From Octopus vulgaris (Eukaryota): a stretch of DNA of 64,000 bases. Below are positions 1 to 12,936 of this stretch, piece by piece. Below the pieces are notes generated by a model, which made no database searches, was not told where the DNA came from, and saw only the letters and a program-made list of their open reading frames with translations. Numbering within the stretch: the stretch's first letter is position 1; the number at the start of each line of letters is the position of its first letter. Both the position numbers and the translations under genes were made by a program. The DNA is taken from the NCBI GenBank assembly GCA_951406725.2, contig OX597814.1:17298001-17362000 (forward strand), in the 5' to 3' direction.

Positions 1-732
1 AGAAGATAAAGGCTCGTCAATGCTCTACCAACATGCTCATGCAGATAATAGAGGCTCGGTTAATAGCATATAGGTTAAAGTATTATCAGCGCACAAAACT
101 GACACGACACTTAGACAGATCACGGAGGCTGCACACATAGCATTATACCGACCGATCCTCAGGAGAAAACACGAATGAAATAATAACACCTACCACAACT
201 CTACACAACATAATGACTAAAGACAGAAGGGGGGAAAACAGATACAAAAGTGTAATGCACACACAATAGACAAATATGCACATACTTATAATAAATATAA
301 GAAATAGCTATTTAAAAAAAAAACTGCATAAAAGGCACGGATACAAACAAGATAATAAGCGAACGTATATACACACACAAACACACATACAGTAACTTCA
401 CAAACAGTTGCAACAATATGAACAACGAGACTAACAACAAACAGTAACTGCGGCAAAAACAACAACTACTGCTACAGTAGCAACAGTGTGGGCAAACACA
501 AAAACACAGAGAGATACAGGGATGGTACCAAAGACCAGGGTCAAGGGCAGCAGCAGCAACGGAGCAGGGGTCGAAGCTGAGGAGAAGGTTATAGTACTAC
601 TAAAAACAACGACACACACGCACACACGCGCGCGCACACGCACACAATAAAGACGCAAATGCATGCACATATAAGGATAAGCACCATAGAAGAACGGAAT
701 GGACTAAGCTAAGCAAACACGAGAACGGAAAG

Positions 733-777
733 TGTCACTGAAGAGGCTACAGACGTGTGACGAAAGATTTATTGACA
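733..777 (+). ncRNA. Degenerate minimal hammerhead ribozyme-like motif
   Basis: tgtca-CTGAAGA-ggctacagacgtgtgac-GAAA-gatt-ta-t-tgaca. Stem I tgtca/tgaca, imperfect stem II, one extra nt at the cleavage junction. Confidence 0.4.
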
Positions 778-1019
778 ATGGACATGAGTTAGAATAAGAA
801 CAGTAATAAACGAGTGAAGAACAAATATATAGGGCGTGTGCTTATTTGGTAAAAAGAAAATGACCGTCCCGAAATACAACAATATATATGTATGTGTGTG
901 TGTGTGTGTGTGTGTGTATGTATATTTGCGCATATTCATAAATACATACACAGGCATACACACACACTCTCGCGCGCACGCACACACAAATACACACACA
1001 ACGGAGCACAAACAAAGAA

Positions 1020-1320
1020 GCAATGGACTTCTATATATCGGCAGCAACCCAATTCTAATCAGAATATCTCAGTCAACCGAATTTTACAGCAGAAGATACA
1101 TTCCCACAATTCGTGAAGTACTATTGATCTAATAAAAGCATAGTTAAGAAGGGAAATTCTAACCAGGCAGCAAATTAGGTTTTTGTACTTAAATTTAAGC
1201 TGTACCAGACGAGGACATCCCTTACAAAACCTATTCCAGGGAGAAAAAGCACTTCAACACCACCGATAAAATGGAATTCAATATGCCTCACGTCCACAAT
1301 TCATATCCCTAACAATTCAT
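1020..1320 (+). mobile_element. Highly decayed CR1-like LINE ORF2 C-terminus
   Basis: Broken translation gives TRRGHPL and KWNS, resembling the CR1 'TRGH..KL...WN.LP' tail. Many frameshifts. Confidence 0.35.
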
Positions 1321-1409
1321 ACTGCTATTGTAAAACCTAGTTTACATGATAAAATTTCTAATATTAATTTATTTAAACTGTGATTTTGAAGCACTTCTAA
1401 AATATATAT

Positions 1410-1797
1410 GGCAGAAAATTGGCAAAATGCTTAGCGGTATTTCGTCCGTCTTTGCCGTTTATCTTTTCGAGGTTGATGACATAAACAACAGTTAAGCACA
1501 GGGCTCGGTGTAATCGACTTCCCTGCTTCCACGAAATCGATACCCTTGTGCCAATATTTGAAACCAATATCTAAATGATATAAGATGGCGAACTGACAGA
1601 ATCGTTAAGTACACTGGGCAAAATGCTTAATCTTATCTAGCCCCTCTTCGCGTGCTGAGTTCAAATTCCAGTGACGTTAACTTTACCTTTCACTTTTTTG
1701 GGGTGGGTAACATAAGTACCAGTTGTGCACTGGGGTCGATGTTAACGACTTATCTCGCCCCCGAAATTGCTGGTTATGTGCCAAAATTTAAAACCAT
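1410..1797 (+). mobile_element. Two adjacent decayed SINE family B copies
   Basis: Match to the copy at 51848 (gcaaaatgcttagcggtatttcgtc; gagttcaaattcc; aagtaccagtt..gcactggggtcgatg). Confidence 0.8.
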
Positions 1798-2038
1798 TAT
1801 TTAAATGCTAAATAAAAAGTTTTATTTTATTACAATTCTGTTTTTTTTTAATGGTTAATACTATTTTCACTATAATAATCTGAATATTCCGTGACGTTTA
1901 TATCTATCTAGCTATCTACCTATCTGTTTGTCTATCTGTCTGTATATCTATTTATCTATCTATCTTTCTATATCTGTATCCATCTAGCTATATATATATG
2001 TATATATACACACACACACACACACACATACACACATA

Positions 2039-2115
<77 letters not shown>

Positions 2116-2118
<3 letters not shown>

Positions 2119-2460
2119 TCTGTGTCTGTGTCCGTGTTTGACTTTGTGCTTGTATTTGTCCCCCCACAGTCGTTTAACAATTAACGTTGTTATGTTTACC
2201 TCACCGCAACTTACCTGTTCGGCAAAAGAGAACGCTGGAGTAGGAACCAAGCTTAAACGAAATATAAGAACTGGGAATGCTTCGTTCGACTAAGTTTCTT
2301 TTAATCTTTAATTCTTTTACTTGTTTCAGTCATTTGACTGCGGTCATGCTGAAGAACCACCTTTACTCTTTACTCTTTACTCTTTTACTTGTTTCAGTCA
2401 TTTGACTGCGGTCATGCTTAAAGGGTTTCAATCGAAGAAATCGTCCTCAGAACTTAATCT
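2116..2460. mobile_element. SINE family A fragments (one + 3' half, two - strand 3' ends)
   Basis: ttcggcaaaagaga on +, then twice ttttacttgtttcagtcatttgactgcgg (reverse of the family A tail). Confidence 0.8.
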
Positions 2461-2469
2461 TGGAATGGT

Positions 2470-2860
2470 TGGGCAGTAGACAAGCTATTTTCGAATCGTT
2501 GAGCCGTGGTAGTCAATGGAAAGACTATAGTTGAGTGTTGTTAGTCAAGGCACTGGTAAGGTGGACGAAGAATGTATCCAAAATGGTGGAAGTAGTGAGG
2601 AAGGGAAAAACGAACGGTAGAATCGTTTTATGTCAATGCTATAGGGATTTTTGAATTCCAATGTATATATGAAGGCATGGGTAAAAATGCGTTTGCGTGG
2701 TCTGGAATCGAAACTATTAAACTTATTTATTCAGAAATGGATAGTTTACCGGAAGAATTTACTAATGGGAATGTCAGAGTGCTACAAAGCCTTGTTCTCC
2801 TACACATCCTGCTGTACAGGGAAGAATGATTTTAATCGTAAAATTAATCTGAGACGCTGA
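2470..2860 (-). mobile_element. Decayed LINE ORF2 C-terminus
   Basis: Minus strand reads KRFYRSFFP followed by W, typical of CR1/L2-group LINE C-termini. Confidence 0.35.
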
Positions 2861-4128
2861 TATCTTTAAGTTAAACGGTTGATATATGTAAAACACTGTT
2901 CTCTTCTGAATGCGGGTTCTACCACGGTGTACCTACTCGGATGTCTTTTAATACCGAATACCAACGGTATCAACAACGTAGCCATTTAGATTGATTTTAA
3001 TCGTTGAATCACATCCATTTTTTCCTTAAATCTCATGCTGAAATAATGGTATGTTTGAAATCGGGGTTCGATTTCTGATGGTTTTACTACTAATATATTA
3101 TTCATCACAGTGAAAAGAAAAGAAAGTTTTTAATCGCCATCGCTCTTCTTATCGTGGTCGGCAATATAATCTTCGTCATTATCATCATCATCGTCATTAT
3201 CATTACCCTCATCAACAACAGCATCATCATCATCGTCGTCTTCGTCATGAGGTCATTTAATGGCACCATCATAGACATCACAATCTCTCTCTCTCTTTCC
3301 TCCTTCCCACCTCCCCTCTCTCCCCCCTTTTCTCTCTTTTTTGTCTCCTTCGTTCCTACTCTATTATCCTTTATCTAATAATACCAATCTAGTAATCAGT
3401 GTTCCAGGAGATAAGCATATTCCTTTTAATCCTTTATTTCACTTCAACCGTTTATTTATTTAAATATTATTTATTTATTATATGTAATTATTTTGCATTT
3501 GTTTTTAGCTCATCATTTACTACTCTAACAGTTTACTTTGAAACTGCGATTTTTTATTGTTTTTCTTCTTTTATTAAAACCTTTAGAAAAGAAAATGGCG
3601 CTTAATTCAAAAGTAAATAAAAAGACGCAGTAAACACAACCAAGAGGGCAGTGAATGCTACGCAGTATAAAACGTCATGCGCCATCAAATTTCTAGCAAT
3701 GAGTGCATTTTAATTATGTCAAACTATTTGTTTTCCAAGGCAACGTATTAACCTTCCCTTGTCATTCAATCATATTTACTGTTGCCGTGAAAAATAATTG
3801 TATTTGTATTTGTTCTTGTTGACGTCATCATTATTGTTGTATCTCGTATTTATTCTACTCTCCTTAACTGTTGGTTTCCAGAGTTTTCTTCGATTTGTTG
3901 TTGCTGGTACAATTAACGTTGTTATATTTATTTCTGTAGTTAAATTCGATGCGGTGACTTTTTTCACTTTAGTTCATCATTTTAAGGCCCTTTCGTTTGT
4001 TGTTTTAATAATTTTTGGAGTATGTCTTTCCTTCCACTTATTTCAAAGTGCACTGTCTGTGGACATATATGTGTGTCAGTGTGCGTGTGTCTGTGTTCTT
4101 GTGTATGAGCGTGTGTTTGTGTATATAC

Positions 4129-4197
<69 letters not shown>

Positions 4198-4414
4198 TAC
4201 ATACATATATATAAGCATATATACACACACATACACATACATACATTCACACACACCTTCTTTCTCCGTTTTTAATCTATTCCTGAAAAATAAATGAGAT
4301 AGTTTTTTAAATTTTAAATTTCAAATGTGATGTGCGTGCAAGCGATTATTGGGTGTATAAATGATACATACATACATACATGTATGCTTGTGTAACGATG
4401 TATACATAATGTAG

Positions 4415-4445
<31 letters not shown>

Positions 4446-4634
4446 CATATACATATTTATACATATATATCTACATATATATATAAATATATATGTATAC
4501 ATATATATACATATATGAGTGTATGTATATGTATATACATGTATATATAAATACACACATATATGTGTGTATATACATATATATATACATATATATACAC
4601 ACACACGTACACACACACGCGCGCACACACACAT

Positions 4635-4717
4635 GTCTTCCCTTCTTTGGACTTTTTCTATACTTCAGACGAAGAGCTCCGCTCGAAATGTGAAACGCTC
4701 TTTCTTTTCTTTCCTTT

Positions 4718-4720
<3 letters not shown>
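4635..4720 (+). mobile_element. Truncated PLE-derived repeat with mutated HHR (same family as 58971)
   Basis: cttcagacgaagagctccgctcgaaatgtgaaac versus the intact gtttctgacgaagagctccgctcgaaacgtaaaac at 59036. Followed by (TA)n. Confidence 0.75.
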
Positions 4721-4785
<65 letters not shown>

Positions 4786-5514
4786 CATACACACATACAC
4801 ACACACACACACACACATATATATAAATATACTATATATATACTTGTGTATGGGCTTCTCGTTCGATCCTACCGTATTAGCATCTCGGGCATGTGTCATT
4901 TCACACTGAAGCATTGTAAATATATTTATGTTGTATGTGTTATCTGTATATAACGCTGCTAAACCTGTATTCCAGCCACCATTCCCGTTTAGAGCTTGAA
5001 TTTTATAGGAGTTGCTCAATTTATTAAATTTTCTGCTTCATATATTAATGCCTGAATATTATGACATACTGTCACAACCTTTTGCAATTTTGAACAAAAT
5101 AATGCGTTTCTAATTCATGCTGACCCTTGAAATAATGTTTAGTGTGATATCTCTTAATACTTACTCTTACGTACCTATCAATTTCTCTACCCATCTCTGG
5201 AGACTGCATTAAGGATGCAGTCCACTGAGTGAAACAATTTAATGGAAAATTATACTAATAACTATTTTACTGATTTTCAATCTATCTCTAACTATATCAG
5301 CCATTTACGTATCTACTACCTAGTTCCAACTGTATCTATCTTTTTATGAATGCATCCATTTTCTCTTGAATTATATTCTCTACATGTATCTCTCTATATT
5401 TCTAAATCTCAGTGAATTCCTACTTTTACGTTACATATACATGTATTCTTTCGTATCTACGTTTTGTAATATAATTTCATGCATATATGCATGCAAATGC
5501 GTATATAATACATG

Positions 5515-5566
<52 letters not shown>

Positions 5567-5597
5567 TAAACATATATATATATTTATGTATGTACAT

Positions 5598-6175
<578 letters not shown>

Positions 6176-6520
6176 GTGCGTGTTTTTATACCTACATTTG
6201 AATATATACATAAATACATACATATGTAACCGTTTATTTTTTATTCCTGTTGAAGATATTGTACTGTGACTCTGTTCGGTGTCGCTCCTAAAAAGTGATT
6301 CGTTTCTTTCTAGTACCTCCTTTAAATCTGCAACTTATTCTATCGAGAACTCTTTTTCGAACAGCTAGGACCTCAAAGAGAAAGCAACAATAATTGACAA
6401 GCGGTGTGTGCTAAATACAAAATAGTGCACACACACACTCCCATGCACGTATATGTGAATATATGCACGCATGCATGTACGTATGCATGCAAGTAGGTAT
6501 GTACACACACAAGTAGATAT

Positions 6521-6921
6521 TTACTCTTTACTCTTTTACTTGTTTCAGTCATTTGACTGCGGCCATGCTGGAGCACCGCCTTTAGTCGAGCAAATCGACC
6601 CTGGGACTTATTCTTTGTAAGCCCAGTACTTATTCTATCGGTCTCTTTTGCCGAACCGCTAAGTGACGGGGACGTAAACACACCAGCATCGGTTGTCAAG
6701 CAATGCTAGGGGGACAAAGACAGACACAGACACACACATATATATATATGCATATATACGACAGGCTTCTTTCAGTTTCCGTCTACCAAATCCACTCACA
6801 AGGCATTGGTTGGCCCGGGGCTATAGCAGAAGACACTTGCCCAAGGTGCCACGCAGTGAGACTGAACCCGGAATCATGTGGCTGGTTAGCAAGCTACTTA
6901 CCACACAGCCACTCCTGCGCC
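6521..6921 (-). mobile_element. SINE family A, full length (tRNA-derived head, CORE-like segment, internal microsatellite, GTAAAAGA tail)
   Basis: Minus strand: ggcgcaggagtggctgtgtgg (A box), ggttcagtc (B box), gcaccttgggcaagt, ending gactgaaacaagtaaaagagtaaagag. More than 10 copies in the window. Confidence 0.92.
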
Positions 6922-7109
6922 TATGTATTGATATGTATTGAATAGCAGTCAAAACAACAATTACATCTTTACTCAGAAATTTGCACATTCACACTCGCGA
7001 GGTAAGGGTTTGTTATCCAATAAACACTTTGACTGTAAGATCGTACTAGGGTCTAAGATATCGGCTTACCGTCTCTCAAAATCCTTGATTTTGTGCTTCA
7101 AGTAGAAAC

Positions 7110-7335
7110 CCTTTAGGGGTTATGAGGTTGTAGTAATTTTGCAACGTCGGGAAAAATGCTTTGCATTATTTTTACCGCCTTTATATTTTGATCACCCAAC
7201 CCACAGAGGTCAACTTTGTATTTTATCTTTTCCGAGCAGACATAATAAAGTACCAGAAAAGTACAAAGTTCCATAGTATCAATTTAACACCACTTCTCGA
7301 AATTTCTGGCCTTGGGCCAAAAATTAGAAACGTTA
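7110..7335 (+). mobile_element. Old, diverged SINE family B copy
   Basis: gggaaaaatgct...gaggtcaactttg...aagtaccag...aaatttctggccttgggccaaaa. Confidence 0.7.
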
Positions 7336-7555
7336 TTATCGGTGGTGTTGTATTTGTTGTTATTGTAGTAATCAGTGTTGGTATTGCATTTGTTATTGTT
7401 CTTAAGAATTTGATGTTAAATTGAGCTTATGCATTGCTTTCAACGAAGTCTTTTAGATACACCTACACCTATTTCAGAAAAGCACACGCTACAAACACAC
7501 ACACAAAATGTGTGTGTATGCATATATATATATAATATATAAATATATACATACA

Positions 7556-7745
7556 CTGTTGTGTCTGGGGAGAGTCATTTTCTTTTTGTGCCTTATAATG
7601 TAACACACTCACCGGTAAAATGTCCACTTTTTTTCTAATTTTACCTTCCTAAAAGAAAATGACTCTCCCTAGACACAACAGAATATGCTTCAACACACGA
7701 ACTCATATAAAGAATCTTGCAAACCAAATCTAAAAACGAAATATG
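7556..7745. repeat. 31-bp inverted repeat (7556-7586 / 7651-7681) with a tail shared with 55307-55356
   Basis: ctgttgtgtctggggagagtcattttctttt versus aaaagaaaatgactctccctagacacaacag. The tail cacgaactcatataaagaatcttgcaaac recurs at 55309. Confidence 0.8.
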
Positions 7746-7842
7746 TACATACAAATGTATATATATACATATATATGTATATATATATATTTATATATAT
7801 ATATATATAGCATATAAATATCTTTATATATAAATAACTATA

Positions 7843-8083
7843 TATCTGTAAATGTAATATGTGACAATTATTCGGTAGCCATGATAAATCTCCGAGTTTC
7901 GGATGCCGAGGTGGAAATCCACGCCGCCATATCTTCAGTTATCTGGCCATCGTTTATTTTCCTTTTTTTTTTCCGATGGCCAGATAACTGAAGAGATGGC
8001 GGCGTGGGTTTCCGCTCCGACATCCAAAACTCGGAGTTTTATCATGGCTACCGAATAATTGTCACATATTGCATTTACAGATA
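7843..8083. mobile_element. Fold-back PLE-type repeat: 110-bp inverted arms, each with an HHR motif
   Basis: Arms 7843-7952 and 7974-8083 with a T-rich spacer. Each arm reads gataa-CTGAAGA-stem II-(G)AAA-ctcggag-NN-ttatc. Confidence 0.85.
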
Positions 8084-9201
8084 AATTCCTTTATTTACAT
8101 AATATCGAGGTCTCTTTCATTCTTTTGTTGTTTTACCATTTTTATCAATAAATAACTATATACATATATGTATATATATATTTACATATAAATAACTATA
8201 TATATATGTATGTATATATGTACCTATGTGTGTATATATGTATACATAAATGAAGGAGGGTCACTGTGTCTGTGCGCATGTGCCTATTTATTGTATTTGC
8301 GCTTAGTAACACAGTATTGCGTTCTTTTGTTTTTGTCTATTGGAGTGAGTTTTTTTTCTTTTCGTCAATATACATTTATAATCCATAATGACCTTTTATA
8401 TTGTCTCCTGTTTAATTTTCTATTTTGATTTAGTTTTTTTTAGGGGTATTTCTTCACAATCGTCACCTCTTCTGCTACTTCGTCTCTGGCTTCTATGATT
8501 TATATATTTGTTGATTTTTCTGTTGAATTTTTTTTTTTCTTTTTCTTTTACTTTTAGTAAAACCAGGATAGTAATGGTTGTGGCCTCCTGCGGTTAGTGT
8601 ACGAAAAATTAAAAGAAAAATATGACAAAAACAAAAAAAATAGAGCGTTAACGAGTGATGTGTCGCGGAACAGATTTGGGCTAATGCCACAGCAATGTTT
8701 CCCTAATGGACTTCCAAGGAAGCTGCGTGACTGTTCACGATGTCTAGTGTACCGAGGCGTTGAATTGAACAGTCAGTTCAGTACGTTGCTTGACGGCTCA
8801 CCGTTTCTGAAGGAGAAGTAGTCACGGCATGGGGTTTTTGCTAGCTCTGCCCTTCGGGCTATCTATATATATATATGTATATAACGCGGAAGAGGAAATG
8901 GGAGAGTGTGAATGTGTGAGAAAGACAGACATGGAGGAGAGAGAGAGAGAGAGACAGAAAGGAATATAAATGATGCAGAGATATGGGCGGAGTGAGAGAC
9001 AAAGAGGGGGTGAAAGAAAGAGAGACGCAAGTGAGAGAGCAATGCATATAAAGAGACGGACAGATAGACACTTCTAGAACAGAGTGATATATATATATAT
9101 ATATATATATAGGGAGAGAAAGAGAGACAGGCAGACAGACAGAGTGACACGCACACATATGTGTGTGTATGAATAAAAATATATATTGATATCTATATAT
9201 G

Positions 9202-9431
<230 letters not shown>

Positions 9432-9915
9432 ACATATATATATTATATATATATTATATATTTATTATATATATACATATATATGTATATATACATATAT
9501 ATATACATAGACACACACACACACACACACACATATATTGTACCCACATACATAAACACGCACAATGTGTTTGTGTTAAACATGAGGACAATTGCGTATG
9601 AGTTGATCTGTACGTACGCACGTGCATTTGCGCATGTAAAAAGGCAGGCAAAGAGAAATTAGAGGTATATATATATATGAGTAGAGAGAGACATACAGCT
9701 GTAGACAAACTAAGCTTGCGAAAAAATGAACGGCAAATGTGATACTGGGAGGTCTTAAGTGATTGCTCGACGTATTAGGTATGTGTGTGTGTGTGTGTGT
9801 GTGAATGTACGTGGTTGTGTGTGTGTGTGTGTTTGTGTGTATAGGCAGATGTATTTATGCATAATTATATGGATACAAACACGCACACACACATCCATAT
9901 ACACTTATATACGCG

Positions 9916-9954
<39 letters not shown>

Positions 9955-10069
9955 CGAGAGAGACAGAGACAGTGACAGATAGAAAACATGCGCGTATGTA
10001 AATATATATACGTATTTATACGTATGTACATATATACATGTATATATACATCTATATATACATATATTT

Positions 10070-10144
<75 letters not shown>

Positions 10145-10270
10145 TGTATATACATATGTATATGTACATATATATACATATATATATGTACATATACATA
10201 TATACGCATATATATATATACATATATATATGTACATGTGTGTGTGTGCGTATGTATGTATATATGTGTA

Positions 10271-10301
<31 letters not shown>

Positions 10302-10461
10302 GTATACATACATATACTAATAAGCCTTTTATTCGAGATATATGGGCTGTGACTGAGAAGTGCTGAGAATGAGTCCGAGACTAACGATAATTGAAGAGGA
10401 AAACTCAGAAATATAATTTAGGTCAATCAGCAAATTCCCAAACGGAAAACACATAAACCTA

Positions 10462-11638
10462 TTGGGTTGCCCGGAAAGTTCGTGCCGACATTTAAAGGAA
10501 AGAAAATGGTCAATAAATACTTGCAATTACATTTTTAATCAACCAAATATGAACCATTTTGTTACCCAATGCGTCTCCATCTTTCCTTTAACTTGAAAAT
10601 ACCTTCTTTCCAGAACTGAGGTGGTTTCATGGCAAAGAATTCATGAAGGTATTTTTTTGTGTCAGCCAAGAAATTGAAATTTTTACCAAATAATAAGTGG
10701 AAATCCATGCCGAGCTGCTGCAAAGAAACGTGCGGTCTTGCATGATCATGTTGCAAAACAGCAACCTTCCTGTTGGCCAATTCTAGACGTTTCTCTTGAA
10801 TTGATGCTTTTAACTCATCCAGTTGTGTGCAGTATTTCTCAGAATTAATTGTCTGGTTACTTGGGAGAAGCTCATAGTACAGAATTGCTTTCCAATCCCA
10901 CCAGACACAAAGCAATACATTTTTAGGGTGAAAACCCGCTTTTGGGTTGGCTAAGGGTGGCGCATGTCGCTTACTCCAGGATCGCTTTCTCTGAACATTT
11001 CGGTAGATAATCCATTTCTCATCACCTGTCACAATTTGCTTTAAAAAGACGCGTTTTCATTCCGTTGATAAAGTGAATCACAGATGGAAATGCTATCCAA
11101 AAGGTTCTTCTCACTCAACTCATGTGGTACCCAAACATCGTAGCGATTTGTGTACCCAAGCTTTACGAGGTGCTCAGGAACGACGGATTTCGATAGGTTG
11201 AGGCTTTCCGACAATTCTCAGGTTGTGCAATGTGGGTTATTCTCAATTAATGACATGATTTGGTCATCATGTGTAGTGAATGGTCGTCTGCCTGATCGCT
11301 CTTTATCAATAAGGCTACAATCTCCAGCTCGGAACCTTGCGAACCACTTCCGTATAGTTCTTTCGGATAAAGAAACATCACCGTAAACTGCGCCTATTTC
11401 TTTGGTTGCTTGTGAGGCATTTTTCTCTTTACAGAAAAAGAAAAGCATCAAGTGCCGAAAAAGAACTTTCTTATATTCCTATTAAAGGGTTACAGAATTA
11501 ACACAGATTATAGGAACATAAACCTTCTTCCACAAAAAGATAGCTTAAACTGTGCTCTAAATGGAGGTGTAGCCAAATCCTATTTTATGGACTCAACCAT
11601 GTTCTAAAGTAAGTCGATAGGTAAGCTACTATAAATCG
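10462..11638 (-). mobile_element. Decayed mariner (DD34D) transposon
   Basis: Fragments include TIRKWFARFRAG..RSGR, WVPHEL, VTGDEKW, LCVWWD and HDHARPH. TA+ttgggttgcccggaaagttcgtgccga TIR at 10460; the other TIR is truncated. Confidence 0.95.
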
Positions 11639-11982
11639 AGGGAGGCGTCTACGTCATCGAACAGCAAAAATGATACGACAGTTCAGTGAGTAAAAAACTA
11701 CATTACTAGAATGGATAAAAAATTTACAATTAAGAATTAAGAATTAAGGATTAAGTCCCGTTATTAGAGGAAATCCATTCGGCGAGTACAATTTCGGTAA
11801 GGTAAAAAGTTGAAAAGTTAAACACATCCTTGCAAGTAATGTCCGCTTTCATCAAGAAGACATCCTCCGTAACGAATTATCAACTTTTATCTTGTAAAAT
11901 TTATATATGTTGTAACTTTTAATATACGTAGATCATCATTTTATTTTTAAACTCTATTACTATTTCTGTTAATGTGTTCTAT

Positions 11983-12350
11983 GGAGGCGCAATGGTCCAG
12001 TGGTTAGGGCAGCGGACTCGCGGTTTCGATTCCCAGACCGGGCATTGTGAGTGTTTATTGAGCAAAAGCACCTAAAGCTCCACGAGGCTCCGGCTGAGGG
12101 TGGTAGTGAACCCTGCTGTACTCTTTCACCACAACTTTCTCTCACTCTTTCTTCCTGTTTCTCTTGTACATGTATTTCAAGGGGCCAGCCTTGTCACATC
12201 ATGTGTGTCACGCTGAATCTCCCCGAGAACTACGTTAAGGGTACACGTGTCTGTGGAATGCTCAGCCACTTGCACGTTAATATCACGAGCATGCTGTTCC
12301 GTTGATCGTATCAGCTGGGACCCTCATCGTCGCAACCGACGGAGTGCTCC
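11983..12350 (+). mobile_element. SINE family C (tRNA-Arg-like head, resembles Octopus OR-type SINE) with 11-bp TSD
   Basis: A box tggtccagtgg, B box gtttcgattcc, tail ...aaccgacggagtgc. TSD taatgtgttct at 11970 and 12355. Confidence 0.92.
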
Positions 12351-12682
12351 TATATAATGTGTTCTCTTTCGTTTGCACTCGCCATATTTTACACTTCACA
12401 TATTTTTACGTTCTTTTAATTTATATTTTTTATTGATATATTTATGTTATGCTTTTATACATATATAGATAGATTTTATTGATCTGTATATTAATTTTTT
12501 TAAATATTCGAAAAAAATTTATATTTGTTTCTGTTTGTTTCTGAATTTATTCTTCAACAATATATACATATATATATATACATATATACATATATATACA
12601 TATATATTCTATTTATAAGAGATTAGGAATTATGTACATTATTTACATTTGACGGATATTTGTCCTCATCTTGTTTGTTTGT

Positions 12683-12728
12683 AACACAACGTTTCGGCTG
12701 ATATACCCTCCAGCCTTCATCAGGTGTC
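12683..12728 (-). ncRNA. Minimal type I hammerhead ribozyme, intact core
   Basis: gacac-CUGAUGA-a-ggcug(gaggguauau)cagcc-GAAA-cg-UU-guguu. Palindromic AACGUU stem III, as in PLE hammerheads. Confidence 0.88.
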
Positions 12729-12774
12729 TTGGGGAAATTTCGAACCTGGGTTCTCATTCTTAACGTATTTTTCG

Positions 12775-12793
12775 ATGTTGTTGTTGTTATTGA

Positions 12794-12871
<78 letters not shown>

Positions 12872-12936
12872 AGTTACTGCCTGGAATCGAACTCGGAATC
12901 TTCTGGTTAGTAGCCCGCGCTCTTAACCACTTGGGC
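12775..12936 (-). mobile_element. tRNA-like cassette with (AAT)n tail inside the PLE 3' region
   Basis: Minus: cccaagtggttaagagcgcgggctactaaccagaagattccgagttcgattccagg, then (aat)n. A and B boxes present; acceptor stem incomplete. Confidence 0.75.

Noticed and set aside
12870-12936. Possible genuine tRNA gene (also the SINE heads at 11983, 31988, 43175)
   Set aside because: No complete acceptor stem or terminator, and they continue into repeat bodies.
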